From: Candidatus Nanoarchaeia archaeon
GTDB taxonomy: Archaea > Nanobdellota > Nanobdellia > Pacearchaeales > GW2011-AR1
Assembly: GCA_035548435.1 (NCBI GenBank)
Contig: DASZSY010000036.1
Coordinates: 1,262-65,261 of the forward strand
Reading direction: 5' to 3'
Length of the DNA: 64,000 nucleotides
Shown piece by piece: positions 27,167 to 37,546 of this stretch; positions within the stretch are counted from its first letter, which is position 1; every line of letters starts with the position of its first letter. Position numbers and translations under genes: made by a program. Under the pieces are notes generated by a model. It did not search any database and had not been told where the DNA came from. It worked only from the letters and a program-made list of their open reading frames with translations.

Positions 27167-27466
27167 TTATATAAGTTTAAGTGCAAAGGGTATCTTAGCC
27201 ACTTTAGAAGTTGAATTACTTCCTATAATTCCTGCTGCGAATGCAGCTTTAACTGATTTTTCTCCAACTATGTTAAATGTAGCATCTTCAACAGAATGCC
27301 TTTGTAGTTGTTTAACTGCTTCTTCTTCAGTGAATTCGCTGCCTCTGTAGAAGTTTTCTCTTACATCTAATTGTTTATTCCCTTCTTCAAATTTTTTACC
27401 TATTATTTCTTTGTCGGCAACGGCAACTACTCTACGATAGGAATCATGGACTTTTATTGAAATCAT
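27167..27466 (-). CDS. DUF424-like small archaeal protein
   Basis: ISIKVHDSYRRVVAVADKEIIGKKFEEG ... FYRGSEFTEEEAVKQL ... VGEKSVKAA pattern. Confidence 0.4.
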   Translation of the reverse strand: MISIKVHDSYRRVVAVADKEIIGKKFEEGNKQLDVRENFYRGSEFTEEEAVKQLQRHSVEDATFNIVGEKSVKAAFAAGIIGSNSTSKVAKIPFALKLI

Positions 27467-27467
27467 A

Positions 27468-27878
27468 TTAGATTGATGCACGAACAGGAGATTTTGCTCC
27501 GCATGCAAGACAGTGTTTGTATTTAATTCCCTTTTCAGTTACTATTTCTGTATCTGGCTTTCCACATTCTTTACATATTACAAATTCTTTTGTATATTGT
27601 AGAACTTTATCATTAACTTTAACTGAATTTACTTTTGTGTTAAGTACAAGTCTATCTCCTTCAATCTTTCCAGATGTTGCAAGCTCTTTTAGTAGGAACT
27701 TGGACAAGTGATCTACAGGTCTACGTACATAATCTGCAATTTGTTTTATGTTTGTTATTAGAGTGTTTTTACCTGAAACTGCTCCAGCTACTTTTGGAAC
27801 CTCAAATCTATCAGAGGTTTTATCAGAAGTTTTGACTTTTGCCATTGCTTCCTTAAGCATTTCTTCGTAGGTTTTCAT
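27468..27878 (-). CDS. translation initiation factor 2 subunit beta (aIF2-beta)
   Basis: C-terminal C4 zinc ribbon CKECGKPDT ... CLACGA and conserved N-terminal helix. Confidence 0.85.
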   Translation of the reverse strand: MKTYEEMLKEAMAKVKTSDKTSDRFEVPKVAGAVSGKNTLITNIKQIADYVRRPVDHLSKFLLKELATSGKIEGDRLVLNTKVNSVKVNDKVLQYTKEFVICKECGKPDTEIVTEKGIKYKHCLACGAKSPVRASI

Positions 27879-27926
27879 AGAATTATGTAGATGATTGGTT
27901 TTTAAAACCTCTCTATTGTTATTTAA

Positions 27927-28541
27927 TTAACCTAAATATCTCAGTTTTCCCGGACGAGGCTCGTAAATCATTCCTTCTTCAAGAAGTTTCTTTATTTCAT
28001 TGTTTATTGCTTCTGGAGGCTCTTTTAGCTCTGTTATCAGCTTTTCAGTTTCAATTCCGCTGTCTTTTTCTGCATCCTTTATCATTGAAAGCATTTTGTC
28101 TTTTAGAGCTGCAATTTGTTCTCTTGGAAGTGCCTTAGGTAAGTTCTTTTCAACTTCAATTTTTCTTACAAGTAGAAATCCAGGTTCTTTTTTCTTTATG
28201 CTTTCTGGAGTAATATAAAGTTCATCTTTCCAGCTGCGCATAAGACCTATAACTTGAATTGTGTCTCCCTGGTTTAGCTGTTCGAATTGGTGAATATCTT
28301 CTCCAAAAACCTTCATTTTTAGCTGCCCTGAACCATCATCGAGTGTGAGGGAAGCGAATTTCTTCTCTCCATCTTGGATATATTTGTCTATAACATTGGC
28401 TATTACGTTTACTCTGACAACATTCTTATTATCTATCTCTATATGCTTTAATTTTTCTCCTTCAGCAACTTGCTTTCCATTTAATATGCTTCCAATTCTA
28501 TATTTGTAAGCTACATTTCTTTTGAATTGTTGTTCCACCAT
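27927..28541 (-). CDS. OB-fold plus winged-helix protein, RPA32-like
   Basis: Central OB-fold-like beta-rich region and C-terminal winged-helix-like segment; adjacent to mcm. Confidence 0.4.
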   Translation of the reverse strand: MVEQQFKRNVAYKYRIGSILNGKQVAEGEKLKHIEIDNKNVVRVNVIANVIDKYIQDGEKKFASLTLDDGSGQLKMKVFGEDIHQFEQLNQGDTIQVIGLMRSWKDELYITPESIKKKEPGFLLVRKIEVEKNLPKALPREQIAALKDKMLSMIKDAEKDSGIETEKLITELKEPPEAINNEIKKLLEEGMIYEPRPGKLRYLG

Positions 28542-28577
28542 CTTTTTTTACTTTTTATCCTTATAAGCTTTTATTTA

Positions 28578-30593
28578 TTACAAACGTTGTATAAATTTGG
28601 CCTTAGGTCTAAATAAGTCTCCTGATTTTATTAGTTGATTTATACTATCTTCAAGTTCCATTGGAGAAACTTTTCCTTCAAGTTCCTTTTCAAGTTCCTC
28701 AAGAGGAATTAATTTACCTATTTTTGCTTCAAGTTGAGATATTGTGTCCCTAACAAGCACTATTTTTCCTCTCTTTGACGATGTGATTCCTGTTGCAATT
28801 TTATCTATATCAAATGTTTTTGTTTCTTCATCATATCCTACTTGCATTAGTGAACTCTTTAGCAGGTCTATTGCTTTTTTTGCATCAAGTGCAGATACTT
28901 CTTCACTCAATCTTACTTTAGCGCATGCTTCAGCTAAACGAATTATTCCTTCAAGCTGTCTTGCAGTTATGGATATAGGTTTTACAGCAGAATCAGAACT
29001 TGTTGATTGATTTCTTAATTTGACGTAAAATTCTCTTATTTCGTCAACTGCACCTTTTGATAATTTAGGTTTTATTTTTTGTTTTGCATATGAAATGTAT
29101 TTTCTTAGAAGGTTTGGAGAAAGAATGTCTCTTATTACTTCTTGCTGGTGTTCTTCAAGAACGTGGGTTGCAATGGCTGCGTCTTGAACTTTATTCGGAA
29201 TATCTTTAATTATAAAGATTATATCGAATCTGCTAAGAAGTGAAGGAGAAATGTCTATTTGGCTTGAAATTGGAGAGTATGGGTCGAATCTTCCAAGTTT
29301 TGGGTTTCCTGCAGCAAGAACTGTTGTTTCTGCTCTTAGTGTAGCATGGATATTTGCTTTAGAAATAGTAACTGTTTGCTGCTCCATAGCTTCGTGCATT
29401 GTTGAACGATCTGTTTCGTTCATTTTTTCTATCTCATCTACGCAAACTGTTCCTTTGTTTGCTAGAACCATTGCTCCAGCTTCTAGTGACCAACCACGAA
29501 GAAATTCATCTTTAATTACCGAAGCTGTAAGTCCGGCCCCGGTTGTGGATTTTCCAGATACGAAACGTCCTTTTGGAGCGATTGAAGAAATAAATCTAAG
29601 TAGAACTGATTTAGCTACTCCTGGATCTCCAACTAAAAGCATGTGCATGTCTCCTCTTGTTGTTCCTCCGTCAGATTTCTTTTTCTTAACTCCTCCAAAC
29701 AATTGTAATAGTACTGCTTCCTTTATTTTATCAAATCCATAAATACTTGGAGCTACGCTGCTTGACAATCTATGTAATACCTTAGGGTCTGCGGCAAGTT
29801 CATGAATTTGTCTTTCTTCTTCTTCAGAGATGTTTAGATCTTCAAATGTTTCTTCCATTGGAATAACATTATTTGCTTCAACTGCAATGTCATATCTTGT
29901 TGAAATTGAACCTGTTTTCAATGGAACTGGAACTTCTTTTAGAACTCCATATATCTTAACTCTGCTTCCAGGGTTTGTTCTATCTTCCATCTTTGGATCT
30001 ACAAGGTCTTCCTTAAGGAAAACAGATATTCTTCTTGGCTGGGCTCCACCTTCAAGTGCGTCAGGGCTTTCTTCAATAACTAAACGCTGTACGTCTACCA
30101 TTTCCTTTGAAAGAATCTTAAATTCCCCTTTCCATCCGCAACTACATCTGTTAGGTTCACGGAATTTACTTTCTATTTGTAATACTGAAAGGATTGCTCC
30201 ACAATTAGGACACTCGAAACGCGCATTTACTACCTGTGGACGGACATCTGAAGTATTTCTTACTATTCCTTCCATTGAAAGGAATTTGTCAAGATGTTTT
30301 GCTCTTATTTCTCTTATTTTAACTTCACAGCTTTTAGGAAGATCGAGGATTCTTATTCTAGGACTCTTTATCAAACCCGATTCTTCTAAAGCATTTTCAA
30401 GTATTTCAAGAGTTTCTTCAGGCATTTCAAGCAAGCTTTCAGTTATTGCAGGAGAAGATTCTGAAAGTGGAAGAAAAGAAATCTTAACCACTCTTTCTCC
30501 AGAACGAATTGATTGTCCTATCTCTTTTTTGTAATCTTCAAAGAAACTTTTTGCTTCAAGTGCAAGTTCCTCATGTTTCTTCTTTCTTTCCAT
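28578..30593 (-). CDS. mcm: MCM replicative helicase
   Basis: C4 zinc finger (CPNCG ... CSCG), Walker A GDPGVAKS, Walker B and arginine finger regions, C-terminal winged helix. Confidence 0.9.
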   Translation of the reverse strand: MERKKKHEELALEAKSFFEDYKKEIGQSIRSGERVVKISFLPLSESSPAITESLLEMPEETLEILENALEESGLIKSPRIRILDLPKSCEVKIREIRAKHLDKFLSMEGIVRNTSDVRPQVVNARFECPNCGAILSVLQIESKFREPNRCSCGWKGEFKILSKEMVDVQRLVIEESPDALEGGAQPRRISVFLKEDLVDPKMEDRTNPGSRVKIYGVLKEVPVPLKTGSISTRYDIAVEANNVIPMEETFEDLNISEEEERQIHELAADPKVLHRLSSSVAPSIYGFDKIKEAVLLQLFGGVKKKKSDGGTTRGDMHMLLVGDPGVAKSVLLRFISSIAPKGRFVSGKSTTGAGLTASVIKDEFLRGWSLEAGAMVLANKGTVCVDEIEKMNETDRSTMHEAMEQQTVTISKANIHATLRAETTVLAAGNPKLGRFDPYSPISSQIDISPSLLSRFDIIFIIKDIPNKVQDAAIATHVLEEHQQEVIRDILSPNLLRKYISYAKQKIKPKLSKGAVDEIREFYVKLRNQSTSSDSAVKPISITARQLEGIIRLAEACAKVRLSEEVSALDAKKAIDLLKSSLMQVGYDEETKTFDIDKIATGITSSKRGKIVLVRDTISQLEAKIGKLIPLEELEKELEGKVSPMELEDSINQLIKSGDLFRPKAKFIQRL

Positions 30594-30679
30594 AGGAAAT
30601 GCAGGCTGGGGGCGTTTAAATGATTTGTTATTTTTTGGACTACATATTGGTTTATATTCTATATTGAATATATTTTAGC

Positions 30680-31180
30680 ATGGAATTTGTTAAGATTATA
30701 CTGTTTTCTTTACTATTTTTGATGTTAACTTTATTTTTTGTAAGGTTATTTTCACATTCTGAACTTGACGATGTACATCCAGATATTCAATGCGATAGGG
30801 AACTTATAGAAATGAGCGATGTTCTTTGGGTTATACCTAATTTTAACAATACTGATATTTCAAAAAATGTTGAATGGACTGCCTACATAAAAAGTACCAA
30901 CAAGAAATTGGGAATGCACGGAGTTTATCATAGCTACAAGGAATTTAATGAAGAAAGAGATGAAAATTATATTAATAATGGAATAAAAATTTTTGAAAAA
31001 TCTTTTTTTGAGAAACCCGCGATTTTTAAGGCTCCTCAGTTAGCATTTAATGAGAAAAATAAAAATTTAATTGAAAGCAGTGGAATGAAAGTAAAGGGAA
31101 AGTGGAATCAGCTTACACATAAGGTCTATCATTGCTCAGACACAGGAGTATTTCCTAATTGGTTGATTAGAATATTTTAA
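30680..31180 (+). CDS. membrane-anchored hypothetical protein, possibly polysaccharide-deacetylase-like
   Basis: N-terminal transmembrane helix; MHGVYHSY resembles the DUF2334 LHGYxH motif; weak. Confidence 0.3.
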   Translation: MEFVKIILFSLLFLMLTLFFVRLFSHSELDDVHPDIQCDRELIEMSDVLWVIPNFNNTDISKNVEWTAYIKSTNKKLGMHGVYHSYKEFNEERDENYINNGIKIFEKSFFEKPAIFKAPQLAFNEKNKNLIESSGMKVKGKWNQLTHKVYHCSDTGVFPNWLIRIF

Positions 31181-32286
31181 TGTTCAAACTCTATCTGGAA
31201 TCTTAGAATTCCTCCAACACCTTTTGTTACGTTGTTGAATTGTTCTCCATCCTGGTTGTCAAGTGAAATGAATTCTACTGTGGTTCCAGCATCATTTGCA
31301 AGTTTTTCAAGCTCTTCAGCCTGGTTTTTAGGAAGATTTTTTGAAATCATTAGCAAGTCTACAGCTCCACGCTCTAGAGCTATTTTTGTTTTTTCGTATG
31401 TATATGTTGTTTTTCCAGGGTTTTTTCCTAATGTTTCAAAGAACTTTGTAATTAGATTTTTTTCTTTAACCATCTCTTGCTGAGCTATTTCTTCTTGGGA
31501 GGCTTCCACAAGCAGCTTAAGTCCATGTTCATCTGTATATCCTAAATCTTTTGTTGCAATTATTTTTTCTTTTAATTTTACAGGAAGATCTCCATCACGA
31601 ATAAATTCGTCTTTTGTAGGCATTGGACCTCCAATTAAAATTCCCTTGAGTTTAGGCATGTCAAAGAATATGTTTTTTACTCCTTCAGATACTTCTTTGA
31701 AGAATGCTTTAGCCATGTCTTCTCTTATTCTTTCAAATCTTTGAGCAGACTGTCCTCCAGCTTTGTATTTTCCAGGAACGGAAGATTCAATTGTTCTAAG
31801 AACATCTATTTTCTTACCTTCAAGTATTCCTATTGTTGCTTGTTGTCTATCAATTACTATAAGGCCATATACTTCATCTACATCAAGCATTTCTTGTAAG
31901 GGTTCTATAACAAATTCTTTGTCGCATCGGTATATTCTAACACGTAGTTGTTTGAAGGGTTCTATTGCCCATATTCTAATATCTTGGTTACCTTCTTTTT
32001 CTGAAACATTTCCACAGAATAATGCCAAACCATTTGGAGGAGTTAATTTATAGTTTTTTAATTCTCTTATTATCATATCGAGGGCGTCAGTTACTGCAGT
32101 TCTTGTTGCTTTTGACTTTATGTTTTCTGCTGTGCTTCTTTCCGCAAATAATTGTGTTGAAACTTGATGAATATTTGAGCCTCCAGGTATTAGAACTGTT
32201 ACAAGTTCTGTGTGACTTCCACGAATACCTCCAAGTAGCTTAACGAGTTCTTCAAGTTCTTGGCGTTTTTTATCTTCTTTGCTCAT
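31177..32286 (-). CDS. prf1: peptide chain release factor aRF1
   Basis: NIKS motif (ENIKSKATR) and GGQ motif (KAGGQSAQRF). Confidence 0.85.
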   Translation of the reverse strand: MSKEDKKRQELEELVKLLGGIRGSHTELVTVLIPGGSNIHQVSTQLFAERSTAENIKSKATRTAVTDALDMIIRELKNYKLTPPNGLALFCGNVSEKEGNQDIRIWAIEPFKQLRVRIYRCDKEFVIEPLQEMLDVDEVYGLIVIDRQQATIGILEGKKIDVLRTIESSVPGKYKAGGQSAQRFERIREDMAKAFFKEVSEGVKNIFFDMPKLKGILIGGPMPTKDEFIRDGDLPVKLKEKIIATKDLGYTDEHGLKLLVEASQEEIAQQEMVKEKNLITKFFETLGKNPGKTTYTYEKTKIALERGAVDLLMISKNLPKNQAEELEKLANDAGTTVEFISLDNQDGEQFNNVTKGVGGILRFQIEFEH

Positions 32287-32321
32287 GATTTAATGCGAAT
32301 TTGAAGGGTTATAAATTTTGG

Positions 32322-33059
32322 CTATTGGGACCTTGCCATTTTCCATAAAAATTCAAAGTAAACTTTAAAGGAGTCAGCTATTTTCTTATTTTTAATCATG
32401 AAAACGAACGGCTTTTCTTCCCACATAAATATGTATACATACTCATCGAAAATATCCATTGCTATTGGAGAAACGTATCCCTTAGGCATGTATTTTATTT
32501 CAGCGTTATTTGACTTGATTGTTTCTTTTTGAAATTCTTTAGAAGAAATATCTGCAATTATCTTTAGTTTTTGTTTTTTCTCACAAGATCTTATGTTCAT
32601 ATTAGATAGGAATGTTTGTAAGTTTTCTGAATTGTACTGCTGGTGTGAAAAACCTATTATTTTAATTTCCCCCTTGTTTGGGCAGTCATCAATTATCTTC
32701 TTGAAAGCCGTTTTGAATCCTTCATATCCTTCATATATTGCAGTTATTGTGTTATTTTTGTCTGTGGACTGGATATCTTTTAATTGAGGTAATAATTTTT
32801 CTATTTTTGTAATCTTTTCTGTTTCTATTTCTTTTAATTTCTGAGGGTTGGAAGCACTAAAGTGTTTGCCGTCTTTTTGTATATTATATTTAACTAGACC
32901 CTTTATTGTAAGGCTATTAAGAGTTTCATATACTCTAGAATTTGCTATTTTTGTTTCTTTTATTATACTTCCTGTGGTGGTTTCTCCATTTTTTAATAAA
33001 AATAGATAGATTTTGCTTTCGTTTTTTGTTAGCCCCAATGATTCTAGTTCTTTTTCCAT
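32322..33059 (-). CDS. TrmB-family transcriptional regulator
   Basis: N-terminal TrmB-type winged helix-turn-helix (LGLTKNESKIYLFLLKNGETTTGSI...SRVYETLNSL). Confidence 0.7.
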   Translation of the reverse strand: MEKELESLGLTKNESKIYLFLLKNGETTTGSIIKETKIANSRVYETLNSLTIKGLVKYNIQKDGKHFSASNPQKLKEIETEKITKIEKLLPQLKDIQSTDKNNTITAIYEGYEGFKTAFKKIIDDCPNKGEIKIIGFSHQQYNSENLQTFLSNMNIRSCEKKQKLKIIADISSKEFQKETIKSNNAEIKYMPKGYVSPIAMDIFDEYVYIFMWEEKPFVFMIKNKKIADSFKVYFEFLWKMARSQ

Positions 33060-33143
33060 ATCTATTAGAGATTTTTCTTCTATTTATAGTTTCTCCTTAA
33101 CGGGAGAAATATAAGATAAATATGCCTTTTCTGTTACCACTGT

Positions 33144-33848
33144 ATGAAAACAACTTTACCTGAGATAACACAAAGCTTTATTGCAAAGATAAAGCAAGAT
33201 GCTGCAAAAGGTACGTACTCTGTAGATGTATCTGGAATTAAAATTGATGTATTTCCTTACATTTTCCCTCCTTGTTCTCCATTTTCTGAAAGTACTCATA
33301 CTGTTTATGATCAATTTGGAGATTTAAACGGAAAAGAAGTACTAGATATAGGTACAGGTACAGGGATTCAAGCAATACAGGCTAGTTTAGCCGGTGCTAA
33401 GCAGGTTGATGCCTGCGACATATTGTCTGAGGCAGTAGATTGTGCAAAACATAATGTGAATATAAATGGATTATCTCAAAAAATAAACTGTTTCCAAAGC
33501 GATTTATTTTCAAATGTTCTATTAAAAAGATATGATTTAATTATTGCTAATCTTCCAATAGTTGATTGTGCTGAGACTGATTTAAGATTACATTCTTTAA
33601 TTGATCCCTCATTCATGTATCACGAAAGATTGTTTGCAGATTCTAAACCTTATCTTTCAGACACAGGTAAAATAACTTTATGTCATGCAGATTTACAATC
33701 AAAAGATGATTTTGGCAAGCTTGAAGGTCTTGCCACTAAAAACGGTTTCGATTATACTATACGAAAAGAAGTATGCTCTTTAGGACATACCTGGAGAAAT
33801 TACGAATTTAGTTTATCAAAGAAAATAGGTGCAGTTAAAGATGACTGA
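33144..33848 (+). CDS. SAM-dependent methyltransferase of the HemK/PrmC small-domain type, with a degenerate NPPY motif (NLPI)
   Basis: VLDIGTGTGIQAI motif I; DLIIANLPIV where PrmC/Mtq2 has DLIVSNPPYI. Confidence 0.55.
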   Translation: MKTTLPEITQSFIAKIKQDAAKGTYSVDVSGIKIDVFPYIFPPCSPFSESTHTVYDQFGDLNGKEVLDIGTGTGIQAIQASLAGAKQVDACDILSEAVDCAKHNVNINGLSQKINCFQSDLFSNVLLKRYDLIIANLPIVDCAETDLRLHSLIDPSFMYHERLFADSKPYLSDTGKITLCHADLQSKDDFGKLEGLATKNGFDYTIRKEVCSLGHTWRNYEFSLSKKIGAVKDD

Positions 33849-34212
33849 AAATAAATTTGCAAGTTGGGGATGCAGTAGGATTTCAAAGCCCGATTTGGCT
33901 CAAACAGTATCGGACTTAAGACCTACTTTATTGCATCGTCTTGATCTTACAGAAGATCCTTTCTCTGGCAAACCCATAGTTTATGATAGCTATAGGGACT
34001 GTTACTGTCTAGAAGGAGCTTTTAAGATTAAAGTTAGACTTTCAGATAAAAAATATGGGGAATTTATTGCAGAGACAGATACATGTAATACTTATTTCAG
34101 AAGTTGTCATGCAGTACGAGAATATTCTTTGGTTGCACAAGGTCTCGGAAAAAGTAGACTCGAGGCATTTGATAATATGCTTGAAACTCTTCAGCGAGAA
34201 GCATATCGATAA
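33841..34212 (+). CDS. hypothetical protein, possibly dsRBD-like at the C-terminus
   Basis: ATGACTGA overlap with the upstream methyltransferase stop; C-terminal AQGLGKSRLEAFDNMLETL resembles a dsRBD region-3 motif. Confidence 0.35.
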   Translation: MTENKFASWGCSRISKPDLAQTVSDLRPTLLHRLDLTEDPFSGKPIVYDSYRDCYCLEGAFKIKVRLSDKKYGEFIAETDTCNTYFRSCHAVREYSLVAQGLGKSRLEAFDNMLETLQREAYR

Positions 34213-34218
34213 CAAAAT

Positions 34219-36633
34219 TTATATCAAGTTATGGCAGGCTTTCAAGTCTTGTTCAAATGCTTTGAGTTCTTTTGGAACTTCTATGCCTGAAATAGATTCT
34301 TTTAGTGAAATGTTTTTTTCACGCTTAGCTTTCCACACATTCGAATTAAACTGCGCTATTTTTTCTATTAACTTAAGGTCTTTTTCTTTTGCTTCTTTGC
34401 CTTTTGGAAATTCTGCCACGTGTAGGTCAATTCCAAGATCTGTGGAAATAACTGAAGTAATTTGAGGTATAATTGGATATAAAATAGTTAAGAGATTTTC
34501 AAGTAAATAGTACAAAGTGTATTTTGCTGAATCTGATTGTTCTTTGCTAAATTTATTTTCTTGATTGTAAGCTCTATTTTTAACTATTTCAATATAATGC
34601 GACGCGTAAGCGTCCCACAAAAATGCTCTGGCTTTTAGAGCTGGGCCGTGGAAATCATAAATTTCGTATTGTTTATCTGCTTGTTTAATCATATCTTCTA
34701 TATATGATATAAATAATTCATCTATTTCAACTAATTTTGGTTTTTTATTAGGTTTCTCAAATTGCATTACGAACTTGGCAACGTTTAGAAGTTTGTTCAT
34801 TGTCTTTAGTTCTGCTTTTATTTTGTCTTTAGAACAAAGAAGGTCTTGTTTTGAAAGGTCTCCTTCTATTGCAGACCAGAATCTCATTGCTTCAGCTCCA
34901 AAGTCTCTTATTATTTCTTGAGGATCTATTCCATTTCCAAGAGACTTAGACATTTTTCTTCCTTGAGCATCTAAAATGTGCTGATGAATCCAGGTATCTG
35001 TAAAGCAAGGTTCTTTTGTTTCAAGATATCCACGAAGTATTGTGTAATAAAGCCAGGTTCTAACTATTTCCTTTCCTTGAGGACGAAGGTTAGCAGGATA
35101 TGCTTTCTTGAAAAACTTATCATCTTTCTTGTATTTTAGCATTACAAGTTCAGATATAGAAGAATCAAACCAAGTATCAAGAACACGAGTTTCTCCTGTC
35201 CACTTTACATCTTTAAATTTACTATCTTTAGCAATTCCTAGCTTTTCTCCAGTGTATTTATTATAAATTTCTGCATCTTTAGGTACTTCTTGTTTCCAAG
35301 GTTGATAATATGGTCCAGGCTTAGGGATTGCTATAAGTTCACTTCCAAGTTTATCTTCTTGCTCATTCCAAAGAGGAACTGGAGTAGCATAAAATCTTCT
35401 CCTTGATATTGGCCAATCTATTGCAACTGAATCTATCCAAGAATCTAATATCTTTTTTGATTCCTTAGGATAAAAGTTAATTTTGTTTGCAGTTTTTCTT
35501 ACTTCTTCCTTGAATTCTAATTGTTTTAAGTAAAATTCAGGCATTTCAATAAATTCTATCTCTGCTCCACTACGCTCTGAGACTGGAGTGTTATGCTTTA
35601 TTTGTTCTTGTTTTTGCAGCAAACTCAGTGATTTCAATTTTTCTATTGTTTTTTCTCTTGCTTCTCTTACTTTAAGTCCTGCAAATTCTCCAGCCAACTC
35701 ATTCATCTTTCCTTCTTGAGTTACTGCAATTTGAGGCTTGAGTTTCATTTCTCTGAAGAATTGAATATCTGTTAAGTCTCCTCCAGCACACATCATTACA
35801 AGTCCAGAACCCTTATCTATTTTAGCAAATGGGTGCGGCATTATTTGAACTTCCTTACCAAAAATAGGAGATATTGCTCTTTTACCTTTAAGATGTTGGT
35901 ATCTTTTATCTTCAGGATTGTATATAACTGCACCCACTGTACAAATTAATTCTGGTCTTGTTGTTGCAATTATTATTTCTTCATCACTTCCCTTTACTTT
36001 CCATTTTACATGATTAAATGTAGAATCAATGTCTTTGTATTCTATTTCAGCGTCAGCAACTGTTGTTCTTAGCTTAGGATCCCAATTATTTATTCTAGTG
36101 TTTTCATATATTAATCCTTTTTTGTAAAGATCAATGAAAGTTGCCTGAGTTACTGAACGGTATTCTGGAGAATCTGTATTGTATACTGAACCTATTTCTT
36201 CTCCTTCCTTGTAAGATGTGAAAGAAATTCCAAGTTTTGCAAAACTATCAATACTTTCTGCAGAAGTTTCTGCTAAAAGTTTCTCGCAAGCTGCAAGGAA
36301 CTCATCGCGAGTCATCTTAAAAGCTGAAATATTGTATTTCTTTTCTGCAGCCATTTCTATTGGAAGTCCGTTTCTATCAAGTCCTAGAGGGAAAAGAACG
36401 TCAAAACCTTTCATTCTTCTATATCTTGCAGTCATATCCATGAAAGCATAGGTTACTGCATGTCCCATATGGATTGGGCTGTTAATATAAGGGGGAGGAG
36501 TATCTATAGAATATATTTTCTTTGCTTTTTTTGCATCAAGTTTGAATCTTTCTTCTGCTTTCCAAACTGGAGTTATTTGTTTTTCTACTTCTGGAGACCA
36601 GTTCTTTATATCCGATAGCTTGGGTATAGACAT
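34219..36633 (-). CDS. valS: class I aminoacyl-tRNA synthetase, most likely valyl-tRNA synthetase
   Basis: HMGH (HIGH) and KMSKS motifs; PPPYINSPIHMGHA ... GLDRNGLPIE resembles archaeal ValRS. Confidence 0.7.
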   Translation of the reverse strand: MSIPKLSDIKNWSPEVEKQITPVWKAEERFKLDAKKAKKIYSIDTPPPYINSPIHMGHAVTYAFMDMTARYRRMKGFDVLFPLGLDRNGLPIEMAAEKKYNISAFKMTRDEFLAACEKLLAETSAESIDSFAKLGISFTSYKEGEEIGSVYNTDSPEYRSVTQATFIDLYKKGLIYENTRINNWDPKLRTTVADAEIEYKDIDSTFNHVKWKVKGSDEEIIIATTRPELICTVGAVIYNPEDKRYQHLKGKRAISPIFGKEVQIMPHPFAKIDKGSGLVMMCAGGDLTDIQFFREMKLKPQIAVTQEGKMNELAGEFAGLKVREAREKTIEKLKSLSLLQKQEQIKHNTPVSERSGAEIEFIEMPEFYLKQLEFKEEVRKTANKINFYPKESKKILDSWIDSVAIDWPISRRRFYATPVPLWNEQEDKLGSELIAIPKPGPYYQPWKQEVPKDAEIYNKYTGEKLGIAKDSKFKDVKWTGETRVLDTWFDSSISELVMLKYKKDDKFFKKAYPANLRPQGKEIVRTWLYYTILRGYLETKEPCFTDTWIHQHILDAQGRKMSKSLGNGIDPQEIIRDFGAEAMRFWSAIEGDLSKQDLLCSKDKIKAELKTMNKLLNVAKFVMQFEKPNKKPKLVEIDELFISYIEDMIKQADKQYEIYDFHGPALKARAFLWDAYASHYIEIVKNRAYNQENKFSKEQSDSAKYTLYYLLENLLTILYPIIPQITSVISTDLGIDLHVAEFPKGKEAKEKDLKLIEKIAQFNSNVWKAKREKNISLKESISGIEVPKELKAFEQDLKACHNLI

Positions 36634-36683
36634 ATTTTTCTCATGAAGAACAGGGTTAAAAAGCTGGCGGTTTTAGAGAATAT

Positions 36684-37292
36684 ATGAATTCAAACAAAGC
36701 CTTAAAGCAACTAAATGAGATAGAAAAATTATCTGATAAGCCTAGATTGGCAGCTGAAGGTTGGAATGAAGACTGGAAGACTCTTATTGCAATACTTATG
36801 AGTGCTAGAACACTGGATAAAACCACTATTCCTGTTGCCCAAGAGCTTTTTGACAAGTATACAAGTTTAGAAAAACTTTCAAAAGCTAAACTTGCCGAAA
36901 TAGGAAAGATAATATTTCCTGTTAACTTCTACAAACATAAATCAAGATACATAAGTGAGCTTTCTAAAATACTTTTAAGAGATTATGATGGAAATGTACC
37001 AAGAGAATTTGAAAAACTTATTGAGCTACCAGGAGTTGGAAGAAAGACTGCGAATGTTTTTTTAGCTGAACAGGGAGAAGGAAGAATAGGAGTTGATACA
37101 CACGTTAATTGGGTATCAAAACAAATGGGGTGGACTAAAAGCGATAAACAAGAACAGGTTGAAAAAGATCTTGCAAAGATATTTCCTAAAAAAATACATG
37201 GAAAAGTTAATGAAATATTGGTTAGATTTGGACAAACACATAGAAGTAGAGCAAAAAAGATAGAAATGCTAAAAAAGATAAAAAAGAACTGA
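36684..37292 (+). CDS. HhH-GPD DNA glycosylase (endonuclease III-like) lacking the C-terminal 4Fe-4S cysteine cluster
   Basis: LIELPGVGRKTANVFL helix-hairpin-helix with a catalytic Asp region; no CxxxxxxCxxCxxxxxC. Confidence 0.65.
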   Translation: MNSNKALKQLNEIEKLSDKPRLAAEGWNEDWKTLIAILMSARTLDKTTIPVAQELFDKYTSLEKLSKAKLAEIGKIIFPVNFYKHKSRYISELSKILLRDYDGNVPREFEKLIELPGVGRKTANVFLAEQGEGRIGVDTHVNWVSKQMGWTKSDKQEQVEKDLAKIFPKKIHGKVNEILVRFGQTHRSRAKKIEMLKKIKKN

Positions 37293-37532
37293 TTAAGGTA
37301 GTGGCCGGGCTAATTCTCTGCTTCTCATTGCCTCGTATTCTGCATCAGTGTAAAATGATCCTGTAGCTATTCGTACATCCGCTGGAGAGTATCTTCCAGA
37401 TTGTGCTGCTCTAACCGTTTCTTGTCTAGTTGCTTCTGTAAATCTCATAGGTGGGAAGTCTACGTCAATTAGGTTTTTCCAATCAGAAAGTTTAATCCTT
37501 GCACTTAGAGCCATAGAACATAACTCAAGCAT
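37293..37532 (-). CDS. hypothetical protein (79 aa), uncertain
   Basis: ORF only; locally elevated GC; no motif recognised. Confidence 0.2.
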   Translation of the reverse strand: MLELCSMALSARIKLSDWKNLIDVDFPPMRFTEATRQETVRAAQSGRYSPADVRIATGSFYTDAEYEAMRSRELARPLP

Positions 37533-37546
37533 AACTTTTTATATGT

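Noticed and set aside
37293-37532. Structured ncRNA (SRP/RNase P) in the locally GC-richer segment
   Set aside because: No recognisable conserved SRP Alu/S-domain or RNase P P4 motifs. Too short and not GC-rich enough. Left as a low-confidence protein ORF.
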